DNA from: a virus
Lineage: Duplodnaviria; Caudoviricetes
DNA length: 64,000 nucleotides
Strand: one strand, 5' to 3'
IMG/VR virus record: IMGVR_UViG_3300031555_001441
Location: 80,270 to 144,269 of that record
Positions 9,845-20,052 of this stretch are shown here, piece by piece. A program made the translations under genes and the position numbers. The notes beneath the pieces were generated by a model, which had not been told where the DNA came from, did no database searches, and saw only the letters and a list, made by a program, of their open reading frames with translations. The first letter of the stretch is position 1, and each line of letters opens with the position of its first letter.

Positions 9845-10242
9845 CAGAATAAGAATTCATACTCCTTATATGCTTTTGAGATGCGTTTGCATATCTTTTT
9901 AAAGATCAACGCAGCCCCTTCCTCTATATTATATAACGATTCTGGTTCATAAATATCGAAACCAAGTGTTCTCTCTTCAGGGCTGAGTTCTATCACATTG
10001 ACTCTTATTTTGTTGAGATATGTCGTGATATTGAGGTCTAACACCATTTCATGAACTTCAGGATCTGATACATTTTCCACATATGGCTCTCTATATAGTA
10101 AGGTGATGTATACATCGAATGTGTTAGGCGTAGTTTTGAATTTAAATGCACCGTCAAGCCAGTTATACATGTATCGACCTATCATGTTAACTTGTTGACT
10201 TGCAGGAATCTTCTTAAATGTTTTCATGTTATATCCGTCCAT
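9844..10242 (-). CDS. hypothetical protein
   Basis: ORF of ~127-132 aa in operon context. Confidence 0.6.
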   Translation of the reverse strand: MDGYNMKTFKKIPASQQVNMIGRYMYNWLDGAFKFKTTPNTFDVYITLLYREPYVENVSDPEVHEMVLDLNITTYLNKIRVNVIELSPEERTLGFDIYEPESLYNIEEGAALIFKKICKRISKAYKEYEFLF

Positions 10243-11507
10243 TCTCCATTTACATATCTATGTATCTTTAGTTTGCGTTCCCACTGTCCTGCAGATGAAT
10301 TATACTGCCATAAGCCTAGGCTTGATATCGGAACAGCTACCCAAGTTCCTGTAGTTGCATCATATTTATGTACGATTGAAGCTGCGGGGGTTTGTGACCA
10401 GTTAGAATACAGCTGTATTAAACTAGAATCCGACGGCAGCGGATCAGATGGCTGAATCAGCGTTCCACCAGGTGTCAGTGACCATCCGTCAAAAGTATAT
10501 CCAGTTCGAGTAGGTACTGGAAGCTGTCCAAACACAGGCTGTTGCCACTGTGCATACAATGTTAAATTAGCATTACTTGTATATGATTGTGCAACTGTGT
10601 ATGTGGTTCCGGTTCCGGCTGCATTAGTATTCCAATTGATAAATGTTTTGGTGTATCGTTGCGTTTCAGGAGTTGCTACATCTGAAGGCACATTGAAATG
10701 AACAAAATATGGACCCGCAGGAACATCAGGACCGCGTCTTATCAATATAGGGCCATCTAAAGATTTGACAGCTACATATGTAGAAGTGTTCCCGTCAAAC
10801 TGTCCTCCGTTAGCATTATATGTTATCACAGCATTTTCAAGTGCATCTTTTAATGAGAATGTAGATGCCCATCCCCACCAGTCAGCTCCAGAAGTGTGTG
10901 TGGTAAATTGATTAAATTTAACATACAAACTCGCAAACGCGTTCATGGACTGATACTCTGATTTAAGATAGAAATATAATCTTTCATTAGATGTATCTGC
11001 AATGAATGTAGCTGTAGCACCATCAGGAGCATCTGTATATACATCACCATCAGATAGTACACGAGTTGCTACCACAATGTGAGGAGGTTCATACATGTGC
11101 GAAGTTGGATCATATATCGAAGAATCTGTTGATGCAAATATCGCATTTATACGAGGTAAAGATGCACCTCCAATTGTCCACGAATAGGGATTAACAGCTG
11201 GAAGTGATGTGATTCCATATTGACTTGATGTTATGTGATTGTATACTAGTTCAACTTCTTTATTTGTTCCTGATGTATTGACTGCGCTATCAGGAGTTAA
11301 TATTAGATACAGACCAAATGGTCGCTGGTTGAGCCAGCGTGCATTATGTGCTGAATACTTAGATCGGACGAGTTTCAAATATGTGATATAGATTTTTGCA
11401 GGATTGGATTCGTCAACTTCTAAGGTAGCCGTAAGTCTATCTTCGCCCGTACCTCCTACTTCAGTCCCAACTAAATGATTAACTATCTTATATTTAAATC
11501 TTGCCAT
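10224..11507 (-). CDS. virion/tail-associated protein with InlB B-repeat-like domains
   Basis: ITYNANGG, FINWNT...G..Y...LTLYAQW and LPVPTRTGYTFDGWS repeats. Confidence 0.65.
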   Translation of the reverse strand: MARFKYKIVNHLVGTEVGGTGEDRLTATLEVDESNPAKIYITYLKLVRSKYSAHNARWLNQRPFGLYLILTPDSAVNTSGTNKEVELVYNHITSSQYGITSLPAVNPYSWTIGGASLPRINAIFASTDSSIYDPTSHMYEPPHIVVATRVLSDGDVYTDAPDGATATFIADTSNERLYFYLKSEYQSMNAFASLYVKFNQFTTHTSGADWWGWASTFSLKDALENAVITYNANGGQFDGNTSTYVAVKSLDGPILIRRGPDVPAGPYFVHFNVPSDVATPETQRYTKTFINWNTNAAGTGTTYTVAQSYTSNANLTLYAQWQQPVFGQLPVPTRTGYTFDGWSLTPGGTLIQPSDPLPSDSSLIQLYSNWSQTPAASIVHKYDATTGTWVAVPISSLGLWQYNSSAGQWERKLKIHRYVNGEWTDIT

Positions 11508-11536
11508 ATGTGTTCACCTGCTGTAAATTTAACTGA

Positions 11537-12763
11537 TCACCAGCCGATGCCGATAGAACCATCAGGAATATTAGGATCAGCTAGCGGTTCAGTTTTTGAA
11601 ATATATAGACGAACTGCAGCATTAGTTCCGGGATGGAATGTTATGTATCCATTCGGCATGTCTTCTTTGATAGATTTTAGATGATATCCGAGTATATCAA
11701 TAGCTTCATTGCGAGCTAGTGCATTTAACAACATTGACCATATTATATTGTGACTGTGATCGAGGTCTCTTGCTTCAATAGTTGAAGGTGAGGAAGGAAG
11801 CGACGGTACTACAGTATTAGGATTCTCTGAGATAGTATAATCAACACCATCTTCATCAGTGAGCGATAGTGCTTTGAATGTGTCACCAGATTGATCAAAT
11901 TCTACCAGCTGTGCCGGACCTTGTGTGTGCGAATATGGATCATTATAGTTGATGCTGTTGACCAATATTTCTACAGATTCTGGAAGGTACTGTAGATAAA
12001 GATTTGGTACTGTGAATATTACTTTTGCTGCCCAAGGGAATACAGCCGGACCTAAGTAGTCGCCATCTTGCGGATCTGCAGTTGTCCAAGAGTCCATTCC
12101 AGCTGTCCCATTCAGTACGCTGCTATCTGTAAATCCTGTTAATATGATATAGGGTTCACGACCTGCTTGAATTTTAGAAGTCAGTTCTAGTCGTAATACA
12201 GGAGCTACAGAGAGGTCCGGTGTAAATGCAGATACAGGCTCAGTAGCTGACTGAGGTGTCCATGTACCTGCTTGAAGAAGTATGCCGTCAAGTATCTTAG
12301 GATAGCTCTCATTTAATCTAAGACGTCGTTTCTGAAGCATCCATCCTGATATATCCGAAGACATCGGAAGTTGTGCGGGGTCTGCTACTGATCCAGATGG
12401 ATGATTATCAGGATCATTTCCAAGCATCCATCCGTAACTTTGAACTTTGTACGGAAAGATTGTTTCACCTGATTCAAATAGACCTTCGCCATCGAAGTAA
12501 GAAGCATATATAGTATTCGCTGCCCTCAATCTAGTATTTGTAGGTAGTTGAATATCTAATCGATATCTACGTGCAGAGCCTACATACGTACCGAGATCTG
12601 CAGGTACTCGTAGTACAAGCGACGTGCCCATAGCAATAGACGACGATAACCATTCCTTGGGAGATGCTGGAACAGCATCAGGATCTGTAGATTTGACTTG
12701 TTTCACATACTCTTCATAAGCATTCAAGCCCATCACACGACCTTCATCCCATAATTCTGCCAT
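11537..12763 (-). CDS. putative tail/baseplate structural protein
   Basis: C-terminal RLYISKTEP...IPDGSIGIGW typical of phage tail proteins; class B promoter. Confidence 0.55.
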   Translation of the reverse strand: MAELWDEGRVMGLNAYEEYVKQVKSTDPDAVPASPKEWLSSSIAMGTSLVLRVPADLGTYVGSARRYRLDIQLPTNTRLRAANTIYASYFDGEGLFESGETIFPYKVQSYGWMLGNDPDNHPSGSVADPAQLPMSSDISGWMLQKRRLRLNESYPKILDGILLQAGTWTPQSATEPVSAFTPDLSVAPVLRLELTSKIQAGREPYIILTGFTDSSVLNGTAGMDSWTTADPQDGDYLGPAVFPWAAKVIFTVPNLYLQYLPESVEILVNSINYNDPYSHTQGPAQLVEFDQSGDTFKALSLTDEDGVDYTISENPNTVVPSLPSSPSTIEARDLDHSHNIIWSMLLNALARNEAIDILGYHLKSIKEDMPNGYITFHPGTNAAVRLYISKTEPLADPNIPDGSIGIGW

Positions 12764-12890
12764 AATATGTTAAACCTCCTAGATTCACGATTGTATACTT
12801 TTATAGAAGGTTTACATGCATATGAATATAAAAAATAGAATGCTAAGTAGCATTCTATTAAATATGAATATTAGCAGATGAGGAATTTTG

Positions 12891-13421
12891 TTATTCAGTA
12901 GTGACGTAAAAGTCTATTACAAAGGACGTAGAATCACCCGGGGCTAATGTAACTGGTGATTCCAATACTTCACGGTACAATAAGTATTGACTGCTATTGC
13001 CAGTTGCGCCAATAGCACTGCCGGCGATAAGTTGCGATTTATATCCGATTTCACCTATTATCATATTAGTACTACCATTATTTGTGACAATAACAGTAAT
13101 TCGTTTAATAATACGATTTAGACTTTCGTCACTGATTGGAGTTGTTGATACCTTACCTGAAATATTTGAGCCTATGGTTGACTCTAATTGGTAGTCATTA
13201 ACACTCGGAGGGGTTGTACCAGAGCCTACAGACCAACCTTGTGCACTATAATTTGTAGTGAAACTATCCATACTATCGCTTGACGGATAGGCATAGCTTT
13301 GTACGGGTACAAGATATCTTTCAACTCCGCTTATATCACGAACTTTAATGTATGTCGTTTTATTATAGTTGTTGCCGAGCATAACTATTTTTGAAAGATT
13401 TATAAAGTTATTAGTCAGCAT
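12891..13421 (-). CDS. putative tail-associated protein
   Basis: VGSGTTPPSVNDYQLE...IGEIG...LYREVLESPVTL, resembling tail-fibre-collar N-terminal domains. Confidence 0.55.
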   Translation of the reverse strand: MLTNNFINLSKIVMLGNNYNKTTYIKVRDISGVERYLVPVQSYAYPSSDSMDSFTTNYSAQGWSVGSGTTPPSVNDYQLESTIGSNISGKVSTTPISDESLNRIIKRITVIVTNNGSTNMIIGEIGYKSQLIAGSAIGATGNSSQYLLYREVLESPVTLAPGDSTSFVIDFYVTTE

Positions 13422-13638
13422 TTATTATTACCTCCATTTGATTATTATTTGTGACATCTTCTGCGGTAAGTATGTGATTTACTATTGGCACAACAGTTAA
13501 TTCTGTTTGTACAGAACTACCTCCGTTATCTGTACTAAACGTTACATATTCTCCAGGATGATCGGCGTCTTCGAGTTGCACGTTATCTATATTTTGAATA
13601 ACGTCGTTTCCTAGTTTTACATTTTTCTTAGGCGTCAT
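13411..13638 (-). CDS. small putative virion protein
   Basis: N-terminus paralogous to that of the 13763-14413 ORF. Confidence 0.55.
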   Translation of the reverse strand: MTPKKNVKLGNDVIQNIDNVQLEDADHPGEYVTFSTDNGGSSVQTELTVVPIVNHILTAEDVTNNNQMEVIINAD

Positions 13639-13762
13639 ATTGTTGTTAAATAAACCTCCTCTGTTCTTATACTTGCTGCATCTATATAAGGTTGCAGTAG
13701 TAGAAAATAAATAAAGAGAACAACTAAAAGTTGTTCTCTAAACCGATGATTTTTTTGTGTTG

Positions 13763-14413
13763 TTATCTTAGAGGAAGTCCGGATTCGACATTCTCATAGA
13801 GCCAATTTATAAAGGTTTCATCTGTTATGTTTTGATCACCAGATATAGTAATAGTTTTATATAATGTACTATACCAATTATTATTGGCATAAGCTATCAA
13901 AGAATTATTGTTGTTATTATTAGTAAATCCATATTTAAAATAATTATCATAAAAATCAATATAAATAAATTCATAATTATTATATGAACTATTTTTAAAA
14001 TTTATATTATATTGACCAGAAATAGAAATATTTATATTATCTTTAAATACAATAACATCACCATCGTGTAATACTAACACATCAGTAAAATCAGCATACA
14101 ACGAAACTTCATCTGATTGAGGTGTATATGGAAATGTTACACGAGTTGATGCATCACCTTTGACGCTATTCCATCCACTAAACGACGCTGAAGGCTTCGT
14201 TGGATTGACGGGAGCCGATACAGATCCACCGGACTGCACCATACTGATTGCATATGTGTTGTCATCGTAGTTTATGAATTTAACTGAATGTCCACCCGAG
14301 ATTGTAGAGCCTAGCGAGAATGCGACATATTGCCCTGAGTTATTAGCATCTTCAATCTTTACAGTTTCTATATCATTGATTACATCGTTGCCGAGTTTTA
14401 TGTTTCTGCCCAT
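13763..14413 (-). CDS. putative virion protein with a B-repeat and an Asn-rich, low-GC C-terminus
   Basis: Likely start MGRNIKLG downstream of the class B motif at 14450; PVNPTKPSASFSGW...LYADF B-repeat. Confidence 0.6.
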   Translation of the reverse strand: MGRNIKLGNDVINDIETVKIEDANNSGQYVAFSLGSTISGGHSVKFINYDDNTYAISMVQSGGSVSAPVNPTKPSASFSGWNSVKGDASTRVTFPYTPQSDEVSLYADFTDVLVLHDGDVIVFKDNINISISGQYNINFKNSSYNNYEFIYIDFYDNYFKYGFTNNNNNNSLIAYANNNWYSTLYKTITISGDQNITDETFINWLYENVESGLPLR

Positions 14414-14508
14414 AGCTGAAATCGCTCCTAGAATATAATTTGTTGTAAATATACAAGGTTGCATAATGTTAAATGCCCTACTATAGAAGTAAGGGCATCA
14501 TCAACATA

Positions 14509-16878
14509 TTATGTTGCAGGAACTATTGTGTTTGATGTGTAGTATGTTGTATTAATTGTAGGAGTACTTTTAAAAGAACCACCTGTAATTGCAAACATCA
14601 GATATAAAGAATTGCTGTCAGTAGAGCCATTACCTTCAGAAGGGATACGATATGGTGTATTATATTCAGAAGTTTGAGTATCTGACAACTTTATGGAGGT
14701 ACAACCGTAAAACATACCATCATAACAATAATCAGCCAACGTAGTAGCAGGTAAAGCAGGAAGAGTCGTAAGAGAAGTACATCCGTAAAACATCTGATAA
14801 TAACAACTATTAGCTAACGTAGTAGCAGGTAAAGCTGGTACTGTTGTGAGAGAAGTACATCCCATAAACATATAACAGTAGCAGAAATTACCTAACGTAG
14901 TAGCTGGTAATTCTGGAGCAGTTGTGAGAGAGGTACAGCCTCTGAACATACTTTGATAACAATTCTCAGCTAACGTAGTAGCAAGTAAAGCAGGAGGAGT
15001 CGTAAGAGAGGTACAACCATTAAACATAGTATCATAACAACTCTCAGCTAACGTAGTAGCAGGTAAAGCAGGAGAAGTCGTAAGAGAGGTACAGTTATAG
15101 AACATACTGTTATAACATGACAATGCCAAAGACGTAGCTGGTAGAGCTGGGGCTATTGTGAGAGAAGTACAGTTTCCGAACATACCTTGATAGCAACGAC
15201 TAGTTAATGCAGTAGCTGGTAATGCTGGAGCTGAAGTAAGAGATGTACAACCGTCGAACATATAACTGTAGCAGTTTCTAGATAACGCAGTAGCTGGTAA
15301 TTCCGGAGCAGTTGTAAGCGAGGTACAACCATAGAACATATATTGATAACAACGGTCAGCCCACATAATAGAGCCCCTCAACGTTGTAGCAGGTAATTCT
15401 GGAGCAGAGATAAGAGCAGTACAACCATAGAACATATAACTGTAGCAGTCTAGACCCATTGTCGGGTGATTACCATCAGTTACAGTCTGATAATCTAGCA
15501 GGTTCTCAATATTTCCGCTACATGAAATATTTGACCCAGACAACACCCATCTCGAACTTAAACTATTGCTATTACCAGTTATTCCTTTATTTCCTGTACC
15601 TCTAAGGTACAGTTTATTATTAGATCCACTACTAAGCGTTGTAGTTCCATCCCAAGTATTCCATGTTGTTGTATCTGTAGAATACTCTAATGTTCCACCC
15701 CAGTGCTTTACATTGTCATAAACATTTAATGTAAATGAATTAGGACTACTAAATGTTACGTATGAATTTTGAGGAGGTTGTTCTTGATTCCGCTTCACAT
15801 ATCCATGTGATGCAATTCCCCACAAGTAATAGGTTGTATTAATTAAAGGAGTACCTGTAAAAGTACCTCCGGTATTAGCAAACATGCTGCTCAATGCATT
15901 ATTTGCATCAGTACCTGTACCGCTTAATGGAATTCGGTATGGAACTTGATAATCTCCTGTTTGAGTATCTGATAATTTCATAGAGGTACAGCCACTGAAC
16001 ATCCCATTATAACAACTCTCAGCTAACGTAGTAGCTGGCAATGCTGGAGCTGCTGTAAGAGCTTTACAATCAGAGAACATACTCCGGTAACAACTATAAG
16101 CTAACGTAGTAGCAGGTAATTCCGGAGCTTTTGTAAGAGACGTGCAGTAGTGAAACATCTCATAGTAACACTTCCCAGCCAATGCGGTGGCTGGCAATGC
16201 TGGAGCTGTTTTAAGTGAAGTACAGCCATTGAACATGTCCTCATAACAACTATAAGCTAACGTAGTAGCGGGTAATGCTGGGACTGTTGTGAGAGAAGCG
16301 CACCCATAGAACATGAAATCATAACAACTCTCAGCTAACGTAGTAGCTGGCAATTCAGGAGCTGTCGTGAGAGCAGTACATCCTGCAAACATGTATCTAT
16401 AGCACTCACTGACCAACGTAGTAGCTGGCAATGCCGGAGCTACGGTAAGAGCTGTACAGTTCTGAAACATAGCCTCGTAACAAGTGGTAGTTAATGTAGT
16501 AGCTGGTAGTTCCGGAGCTGCTATAAGAGCTTTACAGCCGGAGAACATAACACCATAACAACCACCAATCATTGTAGGATGATTTCCTGAAGCTACTGTT
16601 TGATAATCAAGAAGATTTTCTATGTTTCCTATGCAGGAAATATTCGATCCAGTTAGTCCCCAGCGACGCTTACTGACATTTGATGTTATATAAGTATTTC
16701 CTGTACCCCTTAAGTATAATTCATTATTAGGTCCACTGCTGAGAGTTGTTCCAGTCCAAACATTCCATGTAACAGTATCAGTAGAGTACTCAATAGTTCC
16801 ATTCCAGTGTTTTGTTAAGTCGTAAACCTGTAAAGTAAATGAACTAGGACTACTAAAAGTTAAATAAGGATTTGGCAT
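14509..16878 (-). CDS. leucine-rich-repeat (BspA-like) putative receptor-binding protein with two tandem LRR cassettes
   Basis: 26-aa repeat PxLPATTLAxxCYxxMFxGCTSLTxA (78-bp period); N-cap and C-cap duplicated. Confidence 0.8.
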   Translation of the reverse strand: MPNPYLTFSSPSSFTLQVYDLTKHWNGTIEYSTDTVTWNVWTGTTLSSGPNNELYLRGTGNTYITSNVSKRRWGLTGSNISCIGNIENLLDYQTVASGNHPTMIGGCYGVMFSGCKALIAAPELPATTLTTTCYEAMFQNCTALTVAPALPATTLVSECYRYMFAGCTALTTAPELPATTLAESCYDFMFYGCASLTTVPALPATTLAYSCYEDMFNGCTSLKTAPALPATALAGKCYYEMFHYCTSLTKAPELPATTLAYSCYRSMFSDCKALTAAPALPATTLAESCYNGMFSGCTSMKLSDTQTGDYQVPYRIPLSGTGTDANNALSSMFANTGGTFTGTPLINTTYYLWGIASHGYVKRNQEQPPQNSYVTFSSPNSFTLNVYDNVKHWGGTLEYSTDTTTWNTWDGTTTLSSGSNNKLYLRGTGNKGITGNSNSLSSRWVLSGSNISCSGNIENLLDYQTVTDGNHPTMGLDCYSYMFYGCTALISAPELPATTLRGSIMWADRCYQYMFYGCTSLTTAPELPATALSRNCYSYMFDGCTSLTSAPALPATALTSRCYQGMFGNCTSLTIAPALPATSLALSCYNSMFYNCTSLTTSPALPATTLAESCYDTMFNGCTSLTTPPALLATTLAENCYQSMFRGCTSLTTAPELPATTLGNFCYCYMFMGCTSLTTVPALPATTLANSCYYQMFYGCTSLTTLPALPATTLADYCYDGMFYGCTSIKLSDTQTSEYNTPYRIPSEGNGSTDSNSLYLMFAITGGSFKSTPTINTTYYTSNTIVPAT

Positions 16879-16904
16879 TATTTATCATCCTCCTAAGTAG
16901 ATAA

Positions 16905-18842
16905 TTATGCATTAGGATCTGGAGCATATATTGTGATTCCGTCGATTACTGCTATTGGAATACCTGTGGAAAGTACTTGGACTACTGTACCTTCTTGGGG
17001 CATGTTGACGTTCTTCCACTTCTGAGAAGCACTATCGTATGTGATACCTTGTCCGTCAGAAACATTGTTGATAGCAACGTCTGTTAAGTCAACAAGTGCT
17101 GAAGCACCGCCACCACCTTGTTGAATCGCTTGATAGATACCGTCGGAAGTAACTCCATTCAGACTTCCTTGAGTTGGAGTATTATCAAGAGGTGTATGTG
17201 TTAACCAAGTAACAGATCCATCAGGATTCTCAACGAGTCCATTAGGATATAATTTGCTGTTAGACGTATAAAGAGTTGTATTTATACTAATAGACTGAGC
17301 AGTACCTCCTGTTCCTTCAATCATCATATCCAAACTGTTAGAACCCGCTGTTCCTGTTCCAGACGCAGGAACTCTATATGAACCAACATAATTACCTACT
17401 TGAGTACTCGAAAATTTAATCGAAGTACAACCATTGAACATATACTCATAACAAGCCTCAGGTAACACAGTGGCGAATAAAACAGGAAGTACCTCAAGGG
17501 ATGTACACCCTCTGAACATCTCATAATAACAATCCTTAGTCAACGTAGTAGCAGGTAAAGCAGGGGGAGTTGTAAGAGCAGTACAACCTTCGAACATACT
17601 GAAATAACATCCATTAGCTAACGTAGTAGCTGGTAGGAGATCAAACGGAACATCTACAAGAGATGTACAACCACGGAACATACGACAATAGCAATTTTCA
17701 GCTAATGCAGTAGCTGGCAGTCTTACTGTCAGCGGACTTTTCAACGATGTACAATTATCAAACATGCCTTCAAAACTTCTAACTCCTACTGAAGTAGCTA
17801 ATATTTTAGGAGTGGAAGTAAGAGCAGTACAACCGGAAAACATATCAGCATAACACATAGCCCCTACAGCACGAGCAGGTAAAACATGAGGTGAATTCAC
17901 AAGAGACCTACATCCATTGAACATGAAAGAGTAACATGATATCAGAGAACCTAAATTTGTTGCTGGTAGCTCAGGAGCATATTTAAGAGAGGTGCAGCCC
18001 GAAAACATATAAGAATAGCACTCATCATGCAGTACAGTAGCAGGTAATTCTGGAGCTACTACAAGAGAGGTACAACCTTGAAACATTTGTTTGTATCCGT
18101 ATAATTCTACATTAAGTGATCCAAGATATGGAGCACCTGAAAGCGCAGTACAATTCTTAAATAAACTACGGAATGCACTAGCACTCATCTTTGGATGCAA
18201 ACCTTTTTCTACACTTTTATAATCTAATATGCTCTCTAGGTTACCTGAACATTGTATAAGAGATCCTGTAAGAACCCAAGGATAGAAATTATATTGAGCC
18301 GCTGTTACATAAGTATTACCTGAACCTCTTAAGTATATTTTATTGTTAGCACTGCTTACTGTTCCACCTGACCAGGTATGCCAATTGACTGCATCCGTAG
18401 AATACTCAATAGTTCCATCCCACGCTTTTATATTATTTGTTACTTGTAATGTAAATGAGTTGTTACTAGTAAAGACTATATAACTCGAAATTTCATTTCT
18501 CATTTGGGACAGCGAAACAGCATCAGTATTGTACTGCGTATACGGTAGTCCAGTCACTCTATTGTTTTGCATGTTGATAGTTCCTGACATAGACCCGCCG
18601 CTGAGACTCAATTTATTACTTATTTCATCAACTAACTCTTGTTTTATTTGATCTATCTCCTCAGGAGTTACACCTTCAGGAGCATATATAGAAACTCCGG
18701 CTATTTCAGCTATCTTAACGCCTTCTGAGAGTTTAGCACTTATCGAAGTTTTATCTACTTTAAGACTTCCATCGGCATTCATCTTCAGCAGAAGCGACTT
18801 AATAGCTCTATTAAGATGTTCTTCACCTAAAAACTTTTTCAT
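16905..18842 (-). CDS. LRR (BspA-like) tail-associated protein
   Basis: Same N-cap/LRR/C-cap cassette, flanked by fibre-like segments (LSLSGGSMSGTINM, DNTPTQGSLNGVTSDGIY, LVDLTDVAI). Confidence 0.75.
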   Translation of the reverse strand: MKKFLGEEHLNRAIKSLLLKMNADGSLKVDKTSISAKLSEGVKIAEIAGVSIYAPEGVTPEEIDQIKQELVDEISNKLSLSGGSMSGTINMQNNRVTGLPYTQYNTDAVSLSQMRNEISSYIVFTSNNSFTLQVTNNIKAWDGTIEYSTDAVNWHTWSGGTVSSANNKIYLRGSGNTYVTAAQYNFYPWVLTGSLIQCSGNLESILDYKSVEKGLHPKMSASAFRSLFKNCTALSGAPYLGSLNVELYGYKQMFQGCTSLVVAPELPATVLHDECYSYMFSGCTSLKYAPELPATNLGSLISCYSFMFNGCRSLVNSPHVLPARAVGAMCYADMFSGCTALTSTPKILATSVGVRSFEGMFDNCTSLKSPLTVRLPATALAENCYCRMFRGCTSLVDVPFDLLPATTLANGCYFSMFEGCTALTTPPALPATTLTKDCYYEMFRGCTSLEVLPVLFATVLPEACYEYMFNGCTSIKFSSTQVGNYVGSYRVPASGTGTAGSNSLDMMIEGTGGTAQSISINTTLYTSNSKLYPNGLVENPDGSVTWLTHTPLDNTPTQGSLNGVTSDGIYQAIQQGGGGASALVDLTDVAINNVSDGQGITYDSASQKWKNVNMPQEGTVVQVLSTGIPIAVIDGITIYAPDPNA

Positions 18843-18871
18843 ATATAAATTGTTCTCCTCTCACTGTTATC

Positions 18872-19264
18872 TCAATCATAATACCAAACAAGCTTTCCTG
18901 GGAATGAACTGTTTGGATAAAACCATCGCGTATTACCTCCAAAGCTGAACTCAGCACCGCCACTCCAAATATCTTCAGGATTAAAGCTTACATAATTTAA
19001 CTTACATAACATTTTTCCTGTTTTACCAGATTCCAGAAAATTCGGATATTCATTGTAGAAGAATACCTGATAACCGTCTTTGACATATTGATATATCTCC
19101 TCTATTGATATATCTAAGATATGATGACCACTCGGTTCATCATAGTAATTATCTATGCACTTTATTTTACCGTGTCCTAGAGACACAATCCCTTCTTCAA
19201 TATTATTCAGTCTGTCAGCTGTAATAATATCAGAAGGTCTCCAAATATGCTGTGTATAACTCAT
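18872..19264 (-). CDS. putative tail appendage protein (WxxxxxITxxxLNxIE N-terminus)
   Basis: HIWRPSDIITADRLNNIEEGI shared with the two adjacent genes. Confidence 0.6.
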   Translation of the reverse strand: MSYTQHIWRPSDIITADRLNNIEEGIVSLGHGKIKCIDNYYDEPSGHHILDISIEEIYQYVKDGYQVFFYNEYPNFLESGKTGKMLCKLNYVSFNPEDIWSGGAEFSFGGNTRWFYPNSSFPGKLVWYYD

Positions 19265-19288
19265 ATTACTTCTCCTTCACGATTTATG

Positions 19289-20032
19289 TTACTCAGCACT
19301 ATTATCAAAAATAGAGCCGATACGAACGCGATATGATCCGGGACATACTATAGGACTTCCTTCTTCTGGATAGAAGAATGATGTGAATACCCAGTTTTCC
19401 AAATTTGAATCACATGTTATTTTACACGCAGGATTGTCCACTTGATCTGTAAATACTAACCGACCGTCTTCATCACTACGACGATACAAAAATACTGAAT
19501 GCAGATAGTCTAAAGAAGCTACATTTATAACAAATTTATCTATAGGATAATCTTTGTAGCTCTCATCAGAAAATACCAGTGAAGCAGGCTGATCTGAGAG
19601 AGTGATATCTGTGTTTAGAAATTCAATGTAAGCAGTAGATGTTGAATAGATAGGCGATGCAGATAAATCTTCAGTGTAGAAGGCGTAAGTATCACCATAT
19701 TTTCCTAATTGTACGGTAGCGGACGCTCCATTATTATGTAACTCGTAACTGTATAAATCTCGTAGGTTATGATATTCTTCATTCATGAAAGACTCACGCA
19801 GATCACATTGAATCCACTTGCCTTCATTTATAATACTCATAATGTCGTTAACACTTAAAGGTAGTGAAATTGTAAATGCTGAAGTATCTCCATCAACTGT
19901 ATCTACATTGTATGCTTCAGCTATGACTTTAACTATATTAAATACAGGTTCTACTGAATTTTCTATTCTATTCAAATCTTCTGAAGTTATTAGCTCATCA
20001 GATTCCCAGTGTTTTGAAATAGGCTCTGCCAT
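19289..20032 (-). CDS. putative tail appendage protein (same N-terminal motif)
   Basis: KHWESDELITSEDLNRIENSV. Confidence 0.6.
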   Translation of the reverse strand: MAEPISKHWESDELITSEDLNRIENSVEPVFNIVKVIAEAYNVDTVDGDTSAFTISLPLSVNDIMSIINEGKWIQCDLRESFMNEEYHNLRDLYSYELHNNGASATVQLGKYGDTYAFYTEDLSASPIYSTSTAYIEFLNTDITLSDQPASLVFSDESYKDYPIDKFVINVASLDYLHSVFLYRRSDEDGRLVFTDQVDNPACKITCDSNLENWVFTSFFYPEEGSPIVCPGSYRVRIGSIFDNSAE

Positions 20033-20052
20033 TTAGTAAATCCTCCTTACAA

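Noticed and set aside
14509-18842. CRISPR array or diversity-generating retroelement suggested by the 78-bp periodic repeats
   Set aside because: The repeats are in-frame coding LRR units; no cas or reverse transcriptase gene and no non-coding template repeat is visible in the window.
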